The notes below the pieces were generated by a model, which was not told the DNA's origin, did not search any database, and worked only from the letters and a program-made list of their open reading frames with translations. A DNA stretch of 64,000 bases from Xanthobacteraceae bacterium (GTDB lineage: Bacteria; Pseudomonadota; Alphaproteobacteria; Rhizobiales; Xanthobacteraceae), in the NCBI GenBank assembly GCA_035509535.1, contig DATJLN010000102.1:2420-66419 (forward strand), given 5' to 3'. A program made the translations under genes and the position numbers. Shown here piece by piece: positions 11,949 to 20,532 of this stretch (position 1 is the stretch's first letter; the number at the start of each line of letters is the position of its first letter).

Positions 11949-12362
11949 TCAAAAAGTAGGACCCGCCACAGCTTCTATCCTATCCCACACGTCCTCGGCC
12001 ATCCCGCCGCGCCAGACCGCGCCCAGCGATTTCCGAAATACCGGATCACATTTCGCGAGCCGTTCAACTCGGACAATGAACTGAGGACCGTGAATGCGCA
12101 AAAGGTCTTCCACTGGACCTGCTGCAATGTTGGCCAACATGAATTCGCTTTGATCGAGGCTCCAGACTTCCTGCATGACACGCCAGGCAGTTTCGGGCTC
12201 GTCTCGCACGAGATCATTGAGCCTCATCCACGCATCAAACAGCGCACTCGTCTTTCGCTCTCGTCTGGGCAGATAGTGATATTTGATCCAAGCCTCGGCG
12301 ATACCCGCGTTTTCAGGAACGCTCACGGTCTTCCTCTCTTTTCGGGCTAATACAGGCGACAC
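11949..12362 (-). CDS. Hypothetical cytoplasmic protein (helical; reminiscent of sporadically distributed DUF-type orphan proteins)
   Basis: 137 aa with normal composition. The pattern W..L..LV...PE.AW.V..EVW......F.LANIAAGPVEDLL..HG..F...VE.LA..DP.F...L..VW resembles a conserved uncharacterised family, possibly DUF6869-like. This is from memory only. Confidence 0.5.
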   Translation of the reverse strand: MSPVLARKERKTVSVPENAGIAEAWIKYHYLPRRERKTSALFDAWMRLNDLVRDEPETAWRVMQEVWSLDQSEFMLANIAAGPVEDLLRIHGPQFIVRVERLAKCDPVFRKSLGAVWRGGMAEDVWDRIEAVAGPTF

Positions 12363-12544
12363 TCATCTGCGTTGGCAAGAAAACTCGATGCTTTGATTAG
12401 TGCAGGTCCAATCCGGGCCAAATCCCCAATTGAATGCGCGCTTTGGCTCGGGAGGAACGGAAATGAACATACGAACAAGAGCAAGAGCGCGAGGAACGCG
12501 ATGGCGATTGCGTCACCGTGCTTTAGGCGGCGTCTTGGTTTCAT
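12347..12544 (-). CDS. Hypothetical small membrane protein
   Basis: 65 aa. GGAGAG lies 7 nt upstream of the ATG. One TM helix (AIAIAFLALLLLFVCSFPFL). It overlaps the downstream ORF by 16 nt. Confidence 0.4.
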   Translation of the reverse strand: MKPRRRLKHGDAIAIAFLALLLLFVCSFPFLPSQSAHSIGDLARIGPALIKASSFLANADECRLY

Positions 12545-12819
12545 CAGGCCGCTCTCCGAAGCACAGCCGATTTCTTAAATTATTACAAAGGGAGTGAAGT
12601 TAGGGCCGTACCCAACTTCAAAGGCAGGCGGCGCACGGTACATCTCTCTTATGGGTCAAAAGCTGAAGCCCGCTCAGATCAATCGCGCATGGGCCAAGGA
12701 AGGCAAAGCTTCCGGGCACGATTGCCTAGGTCTCTCGATTTTGGCTTAGCGTTCCCTCCATTTTTCCTTAGCATCGCTTGTGCTAGAGTCAGGTGCCGCG
12801 GAATGAACAGGATTAAATA

Positions 12820-14367
12820 TTGCGCTATCTGTTCGAGAAATGTGCGCTCGACACCGAACGCCGCGAGCTGTTGCGGGGAACGAACCTGGTAGCTGTCGAG
12901 CCCCAGGTCTTCGACCTCCTTGTTCACCTGATCCAGCATCGCGACCGCGTGGTCAGCAAGGACGATCTGCTGGCGTCGGTCTGGCACGGGCGTGCGATTT
13001 CCGAGTCTGCGTTGTTCAACCGGATCAATGCGGCCCGGAGCGCGATCGGTGATACCGGCGAACGGCAAAGGCTGATCAAGACGCTGCCGCGCAGGGGCCT
13101 GCGTTTTGTCGGCGTTGTTCGGGAGGAGGATTGCAGTCCCGCCGAGGCCGCCCCGCACAGGCCCTCGCTCGGAGTCGCCGACAAGCCATCGATCGCGGTC
13201 TTGCCGTTCTTGAACCTCAGCGGCGATCCGGAGCAGGATTACTTCATCGACGGGGTCGTCGAAGACATCATCACGGCCCTGTCGCGCAACCGCGCTTTTT
13301 TCGTCATCGCCCGGAACTCGTCGTTCACCTACAAGGGAAAACCGGTCGACACCAAGCAGGTCGCGCGCGAGCTCGGCGTGCGTTACCTGCTGGAAGGCAG
13401 CCTGCGCAGGTCGGGTAGCCGTGTGCGTGTGACCGGGCAGTTCATCGAAGCCGCGTCAGGCCGCCATCTATGGGCGGACCGGTTCGACGGTGACTTGGTC
13501 GATATCTTCAATCTTCAAGATCAGCTCGTTACGAGTGTCGTCGGAGCGATAGCGCCGCAACTTGAGAAAGCGGAGATCGACCGCGCCAAGATGGACATGA
13601 CGGGTAATCTGGCGGCTTACGATTTTTACCTTCGCGGCCTTGCCAGCTGGAATCGATGGACCGGGGAGGAAAATGCCAAAGCGTTGCAATGGTTCAATGC
13701 GGCAATCGCGAAAGACGGCGACTTTTCGACCCCCTACGGGCTGGCCGCTTCGTGCCATCATTTTGCCAAGGCGAATGGCTGGGCTTCAAGCTTCGATGAA
13801 AAAGAAATCGCGCGACTGATCGAACGTGCCGCCGACGTCGGCGTAGATGACGCGGTGGCGCTGTGTTGGGCGGGACATGTGCATGCATACTTCTTTCGCG
13901 ACCTTGACCGAGCTTTGCTGCTCATCGGCCGCGCCCTCGATCTGGACGTGAACCTGGCCGTCGCTTGGCAGCGAAGCGGTTGGGTCCGCGGCTACTATGG
14001 CGATTCCGATGGGGCGATTGAAAGCCTGAACAAGGCGATGCGGCTCAATCCGCTCGATCCCCGGGTTTTCCTGACGCAAAGCGCTATGGCTTTCGCCCAC
14101 TTCATCGCCGGGCGCGACGACGAAGCCGCGCGCTGGGCGGCAATGGCTCTGCGGGTCAAGCCAAACTGGATGCCGGCCCTTCGAATGATGATCGCATCCA
14201 ACGCCATGCGGGGCGAAATCGAAGAGGCGAAACGGACGCTGAACACATATCGGGCAATCGATCCGAGGGCCACCATTGCCAAGATGTGCGAGTATTACCC
14301 GCTGCGGCGAGAAGCCGATCGGCAGCGATTGATCGCGGGAATGCGCAAGGCAGGCGTGCCCGAATGA
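12820..14367 (+). CDS. Winged-helix (OmpR/CadC-type) DNA-binding protein fused to a TolB-N-like domain and TPR repeats
   Basis: 515 aa with a TTG start. The N-terminal LVAVEPQVFDLLVHLIQHRDRVVSKDDLLASVWHGRAISESALFNRINAARSAIGD....RLIKTLPRRGLRFVG is a trans_reg_C-type winged helix. The remainder is a close paralogue of the C-terminal part of the cyclase at 9975..11759. Confidence 0.85.
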   Translation: MRYLFEKCALDTERRELLRGTNLVAVEPQVFDLLVHLIQHRDRVVSKDDLLASVWHGRAISESALFNRINAARSAIGDTGERQRLIKTLPRRGLRFVGVVREEDCSPAEAAPHRPSLGVADKPSIAVLPFLNLSGDPEQDYFIDGVVEDIITALSRNRAFFVIARNSSFTYKGKPVDTKQVARELGVRYLLEGSLRRSGSRVRVTGQFIEAASGRHLWADRFDGDLVDIFNLQDQLVTSVVGAIAPQLEKAEIDRAKMDMTGNLAAYDFYLRGLASWNRWTGEENAKALQWFNAAIAKDGDFSTPYGLAASCHHFAKANGWASSFDEKEIARLIERAADVGVDDAVALCWAGHVHAYFFRDLDRALLLIGRALDLDVNLAVAWQRSGWVRGYYGDSDGAIESLNKAMRLNPLDPRVFLTQSAMAFAHFIAGRDDEAARWAAMALRVKPNWMPALRMMIASNAMRGEIEEAKRTLNTYRAIDPRATIAKMCEYYPLRREADRQRLIAGMRKAGVPE

Positions 14368-14509
14368 CGATGCGAAGCGATCCGCGCCGGACTTCACTCG
14401 GCCGGCGCGTCAATCCCGACCGATTTCGCCGGCAGTCGGGGCAACAGCGCATGCTTTGACCGCATCTGTCGAAGGCCCGCCCGGACCGCTACGGTCTCGA
14501 TACGCTATT

Positions 14510-15292
14510 TCACGTGACTCCGTTCGCCGCGAACGTTTGCTTTGCCTTCGGCGACAGCAAGAACTCGATAAAGCTTTCGGCCGTCGCGCGCTGCGGGGCG
14601 CTCGTCATCAGCGCGGCGGTGTACGGGATAGCACTCTGGAGATCGCCCGGCAGGGGTCCGAGAAGCTTTATGCCCGGCGTCGTCGCGATGAGCGGAATCG
14701 TCCCGGCCGCCATGTCGTTTCCTCGGCCCTTCAACACAGGCTCGAAAATGGCAAGGGGGGCCGTGCGTACGATCTTGGGTCTGAGCGTTTCGGCAATCCC
14801 CAGCCGATCGAGAACCGCCGCGAAGGCCTCGCCCGATTTGACACTGTTGAAAACGATCAAGTCGGCGCCGAGCAAGGTGTTTTTGAATTTTGCAATGGTC
14901 GATATGTCATGGGCGGGACTGTCCACGCGGTTTCCAAGGCCGACACCGACGTGACCGACCAACGGTCTATCGCCGGCGCGCACTTTGCCCGAACTGGTGA
15001 GCGCCTCGACAAAATCCGGCTCGACGATGACGACGTCTGCGACCTCGCCGTCTTCGATCCTCTTTTTTATGGCGGGCCCCGCGTTGCACGCCAAACTCAC
15101 CTGATTGTTCGTCTCTTGGCGAAAAAGGTCGGCGACCTTCGCCAAGGCCGGCGCCACGGGACTGTCGCACATGACTTTGATTCCGGCGGCGTGACCCGTC
15201 GCAGTGCATAGAGACAACATGCTCGCGAGGAAGATGCCGAGACTGCGGCGCTTAAGATTCTCGCCTGTCCAAATCAAGATTTGCTCCGGCAA
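14510..15292 (-). CDS. Periplasmic ABC-type substrate-binding protein (ModA-like type 2 PBP)
   Basis: ORF 14510..15307. Signal peptide KRRSLGIFLASMLSLCTATGHAAG. The sequence IKVMCDSPVAPALAKVADLFRQETNNQVSLACNAGPAIKKRIEDGEVADVVIV resembles molybdate/anion-binding proteins. No cognate permease or ATPase is adjacent. The start (TTG at 15292 or 15307) is uncertain. Confidence 0.65.
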   Translation of the reverse strand: MPEQILIWTGENLKRRSLGIFLASMLSLCTATGHAAGIKVMCDSPVAPALAKVADLFRQETNNQVSLACNAGPAIKKRIEDGEVADVVIVEPDFVEALTSSGKVRAGDRPLVGHVGVGLGNRVDSPAHDISTIAKFKNTLLGADLIVFNSVKSGEAFAAVLDRLGIAETLRPKIVRTAPLAIFEPVLKGRGNDMAAGTIPLIATTPGIKLLGPLPGDLQSAIPYTAALMTSAPQRATAESFIEFLLSPKAKQTFAANGVT

Positions 15293-15319
15293 GACTTCCT
15301 CCTGCAAGACTTCCTCCTG
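15290..15319. repeat. Perfect 15-bp tandem duplication (2 copies), each copy containing AGGAGGA plus an in-frame TTG on the minus strand
   Basis: caagacttcctcctg occurs twice (15290..15304 and 15305..15319). On the minus strand it reads GCAGGAGGAAGTCTT twice. Confidence 0.9.
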
Positions 15320-15453
15320 CTTTTCAGCCGGCCGGCACCTCGACGCGAGAAGAAGGTTCGGTCGGCAAACGAGGCGAGGCTTGCCGTAAAACGCCGCCGT
15401 CCGTCCAATACATAAACGCTCTGCATTCTTATGCCCGAATGCTATAAGGGAGC

Positions 15454-16437
15454 ATGGACCTCCGGCGTGCCCGCACCTTCGTGACCGTTGCCGAACTCGG
15501 CACCGTCTCCAAGGCAGCGCTGCGCCTGCGGGTCGCCCAACCTGCCTTGTCGCGGCAGCTTATGGATCTCGAGCACGAGCTCGGCCTGCGGCTCTTCGAC
15601 CGGGTCGGGCGCCGGCTTCTTTTGACCGGCGCAGGCGAGCAATTGCTTTCGGGGTGCCGTGTCCTTCTCAACAGCGCCAGCGCCGTGACGGAGCAGGCTC
15701 AGTTGCTCCGTCATGGCGACACGGGAATCCTGAAGATCGCCGGCTCGCCGCAACATATCGAAAGCGTGTTGTCGCAGTTCTTGCACCGTTACGCGGAGCG
15801 CTATCCGAAGGTCGAGGTCAAGATCAGCGAGGGAACCGGGAGCGATATATTGTCTCTGCTCGAACGCGGAGAAATCCACCTCGGCCAGAACTTGCTGCAT
15901 GCGGTCAGGCTGGACGAACGCCATTACGGCAGCCTTGCGCTCGGATCGGTGGAGCTGCTGGCGGCCTGCCGTCCCTCGATGTCGCTCGGTCACGGTCGCA
16001 CCATCGAAGTCGCCCGTCTTGCCGGCCTTCCGTTGCTCCTGATGGACAGCGGATTCGGATTTCGCCGTGCTTTCGATGCGGCCAGCCGAATGGCGGGACT
16101 GAAGCCGACCATCATGTTCGAAAGTCGAAACCCGCATACCTTGTTGGCGCTTGCCGAGGCCGGACACGGCGTTGCGATTGTTCCCTCCCAGCTCCAGTGC
16201 CACCGCTACCGATTGAGAATTGTAGGACTCGCCTACAGAGGCCGGCCCTTGCGAGAGCCTTTGACGATTTCCTGGGACAAGAGACGTCCGTTGCCTCGCT
16301 TCGCGACGGACTATTGCGGAATGCTCGCTGCGTACATGCGCGAGATTTTCCCGATAAGCCGGCCGACCAAGCCGAAGCTTCCGACCTCGCGCCGCAAGAA
16401 GCGAGTGAGAGCGGATGATCAGGCGAACGCCGGCTGA
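15454..16437 (+). CDS. LysR family transcriptional regulator
   Basis: The N-terminal MDLRRARTFVTVAELGTVSKAALRLRVAQPALSRQLMDLEHELGLRLFDR is a canonical LysR HTH. The gene is divergent from the binding-protein gene. Confidence 0.9.
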   Translation: MDLRRARTFVTVAELGTVSKAALRLRVAQPALSRQLMDLEHELGLRLFDRVGRRLLLTGAGEQLLSGCRVLLNSASAVTEQAQLLRHGDTGILKIAGSPQHIESVLSQFLHRYAERYPKVEVKISEGTGSDILSLLERGEIHLGQNLLHAVRLDERHYGSLALGSVELLAACRPSMSLGHGRTIEVARLAGLPLLLMDSGFGFRRAFDAASRMAGLKPTIMFESRNPHTLLALAEAGHGVAIVPSQLQCHRYRLRIVGLAYRGRPLREPLTISWDKRRPLPRFATDYCGMLAAYMREIFPISRPTKPKLPTSRRKKRVRADDQANAG

Positions 16438-16459
16438 AGGCGCGTTTCGGCCGGCGACA

Positions 16460-16486
16460 AGAAAAAGGCCGCCAAATGGGCGGCCT
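16460..16486 (-). terminator. Intrinsic terminator for the 16536..16826 gene
   Basis: aggccgcc-aaatg-ggcggcct is an 8-bp GC stem. On the minus strand it is followed by a U-rich run (CUUUUUCUU). Confidence 0.6.
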
Positions 16487-16535
16487 AGGCTTATCAGCTG
16501 AACGCAAGCAGCGATGGACGGACCAAACGCCGCGC

Positions 16536-16826
16536 CTATTTGTGCGTACCGGACGATCCCGAGGGGTGCATGTTGGTGCTCACCGCCTGCGAGCGGCCAC
16601 CTTTGGCATAAGCGTGCGTCTTCAAGCCGCAAGTATCATTGGTCGTGCCCACGCAATCACCTGCATTACCCACTGTGTTGCCAAAATGGCCCAAGCCTGG
16701 GCCCTGCTTGATGCAGTGGGGCGAACCCGGCTTACAGAGCGCCAAGGCGGGCGCTGTCGCCTGAATGAGCAGGATGGTCGTGGCAACGGTCAGCGCGATC
16801 GGCAAGGAACGTAAAATCTTATTCAT
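16536..16826 (-). CDS. Hypothetical small exported Cys-containing protein
   Basis: 96 aa. Signal peptide MNKILRSLPIALTVATTILLIQATAPALA. The mature part is Gly/Thr-rich with 4 Cys (CKPGSPHC ... DCVGTTNDTC). It has its own terminator. Confidence 0.55.
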   Translation of the reverse strand: MNKILRSLPIALTVATTILLIQATAPALALCKPGSPHCIKQGPGLGHFGNTVGNAGDCVGTTNDTCGLKTHAYAKGGRSQAVSTNMHPSGSSGTHK

Positions 16827-17045
16827 CGAACCTCTCCCTAGCTGTGACTGATGTTTGCTCCCTCACCCACGCATCCAGAAAATAACGCATCCTTCGAAGC
16901 TCGCCTGTGACGTTGGTCACACGACCAAGGTTCCACAGAGTGCCCCGATCCGGACAGTTCCGACGCATCTATTGTCTTCTTGTCGCGACGTCCGCCGGTT
17001 CGCGGCGTGACCACGAGGACAAATAGTCTTGTCGCAACAACGGCG

Positions 17046-17432
17046 TTACTGCTTGGACCAGATCGCCACGCTTACGCTGATGGTCGTGGCAATCCGCTGC
17101 ACCGACCAGCGATTGTTACTCATCGGGACCAATGTGAAGCAGCTCGGTTTCGCGCCGGCCCAGCTCGTGCAAAAACCGGCGGGGCTAAGTCTCCAGGTCC
17201 CCGACTTCGAAGCGCCGCCCGCCGGACCGATGGGCTCGCGCAAAGCCTTGCCATCGGGCGTAAAGGTCATCTTGAACTTGGTGCCGCTCGGCGTGGCCGC
17301 GGTGAACGGCTGGCCATTAAAAAACGTGGCTTTGATGTCGTTGGGCTGCATTGCGTCGGCAGCAAGAACGACATTCGGCGCCAAGCCGAACGACACCAAG
17401 CCTAACAACAAAACAACAGCTCGTAAAAACAT
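17046..17432 (-). CDS. Hypothetical exported protein
   Basis: ORF 17046..17561. The ATG at 17432 gives the signal peptide MFLRAVVLLLGLVSFGLAPNVVLAADA. No recognisable family. Confidence 0.55.
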   Translation of the reverse strand: MFLRAVVLLLGLVSFGLAPNVVLAADAMQPNDIKATFFNGQPFTAATPSGTKFKMTFTPDGKALREPIGPAGGASKSGTWRLSPAGFCTSWAGAKPSCFTLVPMSNNRWSVQRIATTISVSVAIWSKQ

Positions 17433-17718
17433 TGCGCCCCCCGGCGACAGCTCCGGGCAACCTAGCATATTGGCGGTGATGCAGGAAATCGCCCCCTCGT
17501 GACACCCGCCGGTTTGTCGCGCCCGCTCGCTTTTTGCGCCCGATATCCGCTTCGATCGCATCTCCGACGCAGATCAGATATCGCGTGATGTCGCCGATGC
17601 GCCACGAACAGGCTTTTCGCGGCGCGTGTCACGCCAGGTTCCTAATAGTGATTTTCAAGTCGGGCCTGAGCCGTCGGCAGCCGCAGATGATGTGAATCAA
17701 GGGGACGATCGAATGACT

Positions 17719-18948
17719 TCATTCAGGATTGGGAGCGACGCGTGATCGGCGTGCCGCGGATTTCGACCGACGGCTCCCGGCATTTCGCTGGGAGATTTTG
17801 CGGGAGAAATAAGCCAGGACTTCGTTGCCGGTCGCAGCGTCCTTTGTGCCATCGTCTGCCGCGGCGGGATTTACTCTGCCGTCCCTGTCCAGTCCGGCTC
17901 TCGTTGTTGGCGATTGCCTGGACAGGTTCGTGTCGCCCGTCCCGGCAAGCAGATTCAAGGCGATGCTGAGCACGAACCCGCCGCACAGCGGCAATAGCAG
18001 GAGCAATGCGAGCCGCAGCTGCCGCATGTCGCTTTCGCTCACGGTTGCGCCACTGATATCGGACAGGACGCTCGCCGACGGATCGACCGTTGCGACCTCG
18101 GGCAGTGCGGACAAGCTCGACGCCACCGACCTTAACTCGGCATCGAGTTCATCGCGGCGCTGGGCGACCGCCAGCGCTTCCTCCAGGACGAGCTTGTTCC
18201 AGCCCCGCGCGCGGCGGACCGCAAGGCTCAAGGCGGTGACTGGGCGCATCTCGGCAATCGAGGCGCGTTCATGGCGCAGGCGTGCAAGCCGCTCCATGGC
18301 GAGGGTGCGTTCCGTCGATTCGACCTGGCGACCGGCCCGATAGTGATCGTCGCTGCTGCCGATATAGCCAGACAGATTCGAAAGCGTGACCGCGCTGCCG
18401 ACCAACCACAGCGCGACCGCGGCGACGATCGCCGGCGAGCGACGCCGCCACAGCACCGTGGCCGCGCTCGGCATCAGCAAAACCAAAGCGTCCGCGCACA
18501 CCGCCAGCGCCGCAAACAGCAGCCCGCCGACTTTGGCGGCAAAGGTGGTGGTCTCGACGACGCCGACACCGGCGAGCGCGACGCCCACCGCAGCGAGAAC
18601 GATGGCGCCGAGCACGCGGCCGGCACGCCGCTCTGCGGCGGGAGCGTGAATAGGCGCGGCAGGAGCGACGGCCGCGACAGCCGCGACGAAGGCCGCGTCG
18701 GTATCGTCGGGTGTCGTGCGCTCCCCGCCGGCTTCGACCACTTTCCGGCGCCGGCTTCTCGTCGGCAATTCGCGCGCCGGCGGCAGATGCCCGCTCTGGC
18801 GCCAGCGATCAAGCCGATTGCGAACCCTCGCGCGGCTCCAGCCCCAATCCCGCGACAGGGCCGCGATGGTGACGTCCGCACCCGGACGCCCGCGCAATGC
18901 GGCCAGCGCTTGTTCTTCTGAAAGTGGCAGCGTCCCATACATGGTCAA
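17719..18948 (-). CDS. Hypothetical membrane protein (N-terminal HTH-like segment, about 4 TM helices, coiled-coil, C-terminal TM)
   Basis: 409 aa. Contains LSRDWGWSRARVRNRLDRWRQSGHL, then hydrophobic helices, then an Arg/Glu/Ala/Leu-rich predicted coiled region, then LALLLLLPLCGGFVLSIALNLL. Confidence 0.55.
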   Translation of the reverse strand: MTMYGTLPLSEEQALAALRGRPGADVTIAALSRDWGWSRARVRNRLDRWRQSGHLPPARELPTRSRRRKVVEAGGERTTPDDTDAAFVAAVAAVAPAAPIHAPAAERRAGRVLGAIVLAAVGVALAGVGVVETTTFAAKVGGLLFAALAVCADALVLLMPSAATVLWRRRSPAIVAAVALWLVGSAVTLSNLSGYIGSSDDHYRAGRQVESTERTLAMERLARLRHERASIAEMRPVTALSLAVRRARGWNKLVLEEALAVAQRRDELDAELRSVASSLSALPEVATVDPSASVLSDISGATVSESDMRQLRLALLLLLPLCGGFVLSIALNLLAGTGDTNLSRQSPTTRAGLDRDGRVNPAAADDGTKDAATGNEVLAYFSRKISQRNAGSRRSKSAARRSRVAPNPE

Positions 18949-19340
18949 TACACCGTTTCCGCATCGCTTCGGTTATGAAGCAGATCCTGGCCCCCAAGCT
19001 GTCGGTAGCAGGCCGGGCCACAAGCCTCGCACACCGCTCACGCAGTGAGGGTCGATAGGCTTGGCTTGGAGCACCGGGTCGAAGTGTCACGATCTGTGTC
19101 AATGCCAGCGACGCGAGCGAGTCGCAGTAGGAAGAATTCCGTTCTCCCCAGATATCGGTCGGCTGCGCACGTTCTTGCCCGGACCGGCCGGAACTCCTCC
19201 GCGATGGAGCCTGGGATCATGACGACGCCACGAAAATCCCGAGCGGCGGCGGACCGGCCCGCAAGCTGTTGCCGGCGGCGTGGAGCAAAAGACGCTTGAT
19301 GATCCGCGAAGCGATCTTCTTCGCCGCCGGCGTTTTCGCC

Positions 19341-19550
19341 TCAGGCCGATCTTTTCGATACGAGCCGCCGGAGCAGATGGCCTTTCCACATCCACAATCC
19401 CGAGAGCAGCATGACGGGAAGAAAGACAAACCGGGTCGCTGGCGCGTAATCCGGAATGACGGCAAACGGGCTGTAGATATAGCCGATGATCGGAATGCCG
19501 CAGACGATATGGATCCAGCGGACGATCGCATGTTTGGTGGCGTCTTTCAT
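19341..19550 (-). CDS. Hypothetical small membrane protein
   Basis: 69 aa with two hydrophobic helices (WIHIVCGIPIIGYIY and FVFLPVMLLSGLWMW). Confidence 0.5.
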   Translation of the reverse strand: MKDATKHAIVRWIHIVCGIPIIGYIYSPFAVIPDYAPATRFVFLPVMLLSGLWMWKGHLLRRLVSKRSA

Positions 19551-19635
19551 GGCCTATGCGTCCTCTATCTTTCCGCGATCCGGCGCATCGACTTCGACGT
19601 TCTTTCCGGCCCGACCTTGAATGGCGCGGCGGACT

Positions 19636-20073
19636 TCAATCCGTCCGCGCCGCGACCTGCTCCAGCTTGGCAAAGAAATGCTGCCAGCCATATTTGGCGC
19701 CTTGATAATTCTGCTGCTGATCCTGGCGAAAGCCGGTCTGCTCCATGCGCAGCAGCGTGCCCGCGCCTTTCGGCGTGAGCGACAGCGTCACGACACTCTT
19801 GATCGCAAGCTCCGCCTCGCCCGAGTTCCATGTGTAAGACAGCGTTCTGTTCGGCTCGATCACCAGGACCTCGCAATCGATGACGCCGTTCCAGCCGGGC
19901 TGCGGGGCCGCGCGAAGATTGAAATGGTGGCCCACGACCGGCTTGAAGTCGTTTTTCATCAGCCACTCCTCGATCAGGTGCGGCTGCGTCAGCGCGCGCC
20001 AGATCTTTTCCGGCGGATGAGGAAACTCGCGTTCGACGACGACGGAACGCGTTGCGGCCGATGTCTCGTTCAT
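19636..20073 (-). CDS. SRPBCC (Aha1/BPI-like) domain protein
   Basis: ORF 19636..20148. The ATG at 20073 overlaps the ArsR stop as ATGA. VVVEREFPHPPEKIWRALTQPHLIEEWLM is a typical AHSA1/SRPBCC N-terminus. Confidence 0.8.
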   Translation of the reverse strand: MNETSAATRSVVVEREFPHPPEKIWRALTQPHLIEEWLMKNDFKPVVGHHFNLRAAPQPGWNGVIDCEVLVIEPNRTLSYTWNSGEAELAIKSVVTLSLTPKGAGTLLRMEQTGFRQDQQQNYQGAKYGWQHFFAKLEQVAARTD

Positions 20074-20393
20074 TGGTCCATCCTTTTCAGCAAGTCTTCG
20101 AGGTCGTCGAAGCGGCGCTGCCAGAAGCCGGTCATCTGGCTGGTCCAATCGATCAGCGGCGCCAAGGCGCGAAGCTGCGCGCTATAATGCGTCTCGCGGC
20201 CTTCGTGGCGGTCGCGCACCAGGCCGGCCTGTTTCAGCACCCCGAGATGCTTCGATACGGCCGGTTGCGAGACCCCGGCCCGCACCGTGAGCGCGCCGAC
20301 CGTCTGCTCGCCGTCGCGGCACAGCCGTTCGAAAATGGCCCGCCGCGTCGGATCGGCCAGCGTTCGAAACAGCACGTCGTGGGCCTTCGGCAT
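20070..20393 (-). CDS. ArsR/SmtB family transcriptional regulator
   Basis: LADPTRRAIFERLCRDGEQTVGALTVRAGVSQPAVSKHLGVLKQAGLV is a canonical ArsR HTH. Confidence 0.9.
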   Translation of the reverse strand: MPKAHDVLFRTLADPTRRAIFERLCRDGEQTVGALTVRAGVSQPAVSKHLGVLKQAGLVRDRHEGRETHYSAQLRALAPLIDWTSQMTGFWQRRFDDLEDLLKRMDQ

Positions 20394-20532
20394 GAAATCT
20401 ATAACTCTCTGGTTATTGATCTACGTATAACCACGAAGTTATATATTGGTCAAGGCGGCGAAGGGAAATGCGGGACCTCGCCTGGACTCAGGAGGCGCTG
20501 GGCGCGGCCGCGCGAAAAAGGCGAGTTTGCGG

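Noticed and set aside
15421-15453. A LysR-type T-N11-A box (GCAT-TCTT-ATGC palindrome) just upstream of the LysR start codon.
   Set aside because: The palindrome is only 4+4 bp and does not fit T-N11-A spacing. It cannot be distinguished from chance without comparative data.
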